Source of the DNA: Phyllobates terribilis
Taxonomy: Eukaryota
DNA length: 64,000 bases
Assembly (NCBI RefSeq): GCF_046119375.1
Contig: NW_027362769.1
Coordinates: 359,290,001 to 359,354,000, forward strand
Reading direction: 5' to 3'
Shown here in pieces: positions 63,115-64,000 of the stretch (the first letter of the stretch is position 1; each line of letters opens with the position of its first letter). Both the position numbers and the translations under genes were made by a program. Below the pieces are notes generated by a model that was not told the DNA's origin, did no database searches, and saw only the letters and a program-made list of their open reading frames with translations.

Positions 63115-64000
63115 GTGTGTATAGTATATAGAGCTGCCTGTACAGTATATAGAGCTGCCTGTACAGTATATAGAGCAGTGTGTATAGTATATAGAGCAGC
63201 CTGTACATTATATAGAGCAGCGTGTACAGTATATAGAGCAGTGTGTGCAGTATATAGAGCTGCCTGTACAGTATATAGAGCAGTGTGTACAGTATATAGA
63301 GCAGCGTGTATAGTATATAGAGCAGTCTGTACAGTATATAGAGCAGCCTGTACAGTATATAGAGCTGCCTGTACAGTATATAGAGCAGTGTGTATAGTAT
63401 ATAGAGCTGCCTGTACAGTATATAGAGCAGTGTGTACAGTATATAGAGCAGCGTGTATAGTATATAGAGCAGTCTGTACAGTATATAGAGCAGCCTGTAC
63501 AGTATATAGAGCTGCCTGTACAGTATATAGAGCAGTGTGTATAATATATAGAGCCGCCTGTACAGTATATAGAGCAGTGTGTACAGTATATAGAGCAGCC
63601 TGTACAGTTTGTAGAGCAGGGTGTACAGTATATAGAGCAGTGTGTACAGTATATAGAGCAGCCTGTACAGTATATAGAGCAGTGTGTGCAGTATATAGAG
63701 CAGCCTGTACAGTATATAGAGCAGTGTGTACAGTATATAGAGCAGCCTGTACAGTATATAGAGCAGCGTGTGCAGTATATAGAGCAGTGTGTACAGTATA
63801 TAGAGCAGCCTGTACATTATATAGAGCAGTGTGTACAGTATATAGAGCAGCGTGTACAGTATATAGTTCAGTGTGTACAGTATATAGTTCAGTGTGTACA
63901 GTATATAGAACAGTCTGTACAGTATATAGAGCAGTGTGTACAGTATATAGAGCAGCCTGTGCAGTATATAGAGCAGTGTGTACAGTATATAGAGCAGCCT
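63115..64000 (+). repeat. 21-bp satellite, start of the second array (runs off the window end)
   Basis: Same unit and same degenerate lead-in as at 10100-10170. Confidence 0.98.

Overview
Vertebrate genomic DNA, most likely from a frog (inferred from histone sequences and repeat families), containing a replication-dependent histone cluster buried in satellite DNA and nested transposons. Left part: H1, H3.2 and H4 on the + strand, each with a 3' stem-loop. Right part: a 3' fragment of H4 plus the divergent H2A(-)/H2B(+) pair; most of the H2B CDS is an N run. About 27 kb is one 21-bp satellite array. It is split by a Penelope-like element (RT + GIY-YIG, with a hammerhead ribozyme, itself interrupted by a 4.1-kb TTAA-flanked piggyBac-type insert) and by a Gypsy LTR element that has lost its 3' LTR. 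An L2 LINE fragment and a decayed chromovirus are also present. Four observations stand out. (1) The H1 and H2B genes are each followed by a tandem array (about 40 and 49 copies) of the U7 snRNA-binding histone downstream element, and the 21-bp satellite resembles the H1 unit. (2) The window looks like two tandem cluster copies with complementary losses: copy 1 lacks H2A/H2B, copy 2 lacks H1, H3 and 5' H4. (3) An inverted gene-less ghost of the H1-to-H3/H4 arm survives, with a 123-bp element about 97% conserved and always facing the satellite. (4) A TTAA insert, if removed precisely, would restore an uninterrupted Penelope ORF. All alignments and counts were done by eye; functional claims are hypotheses.
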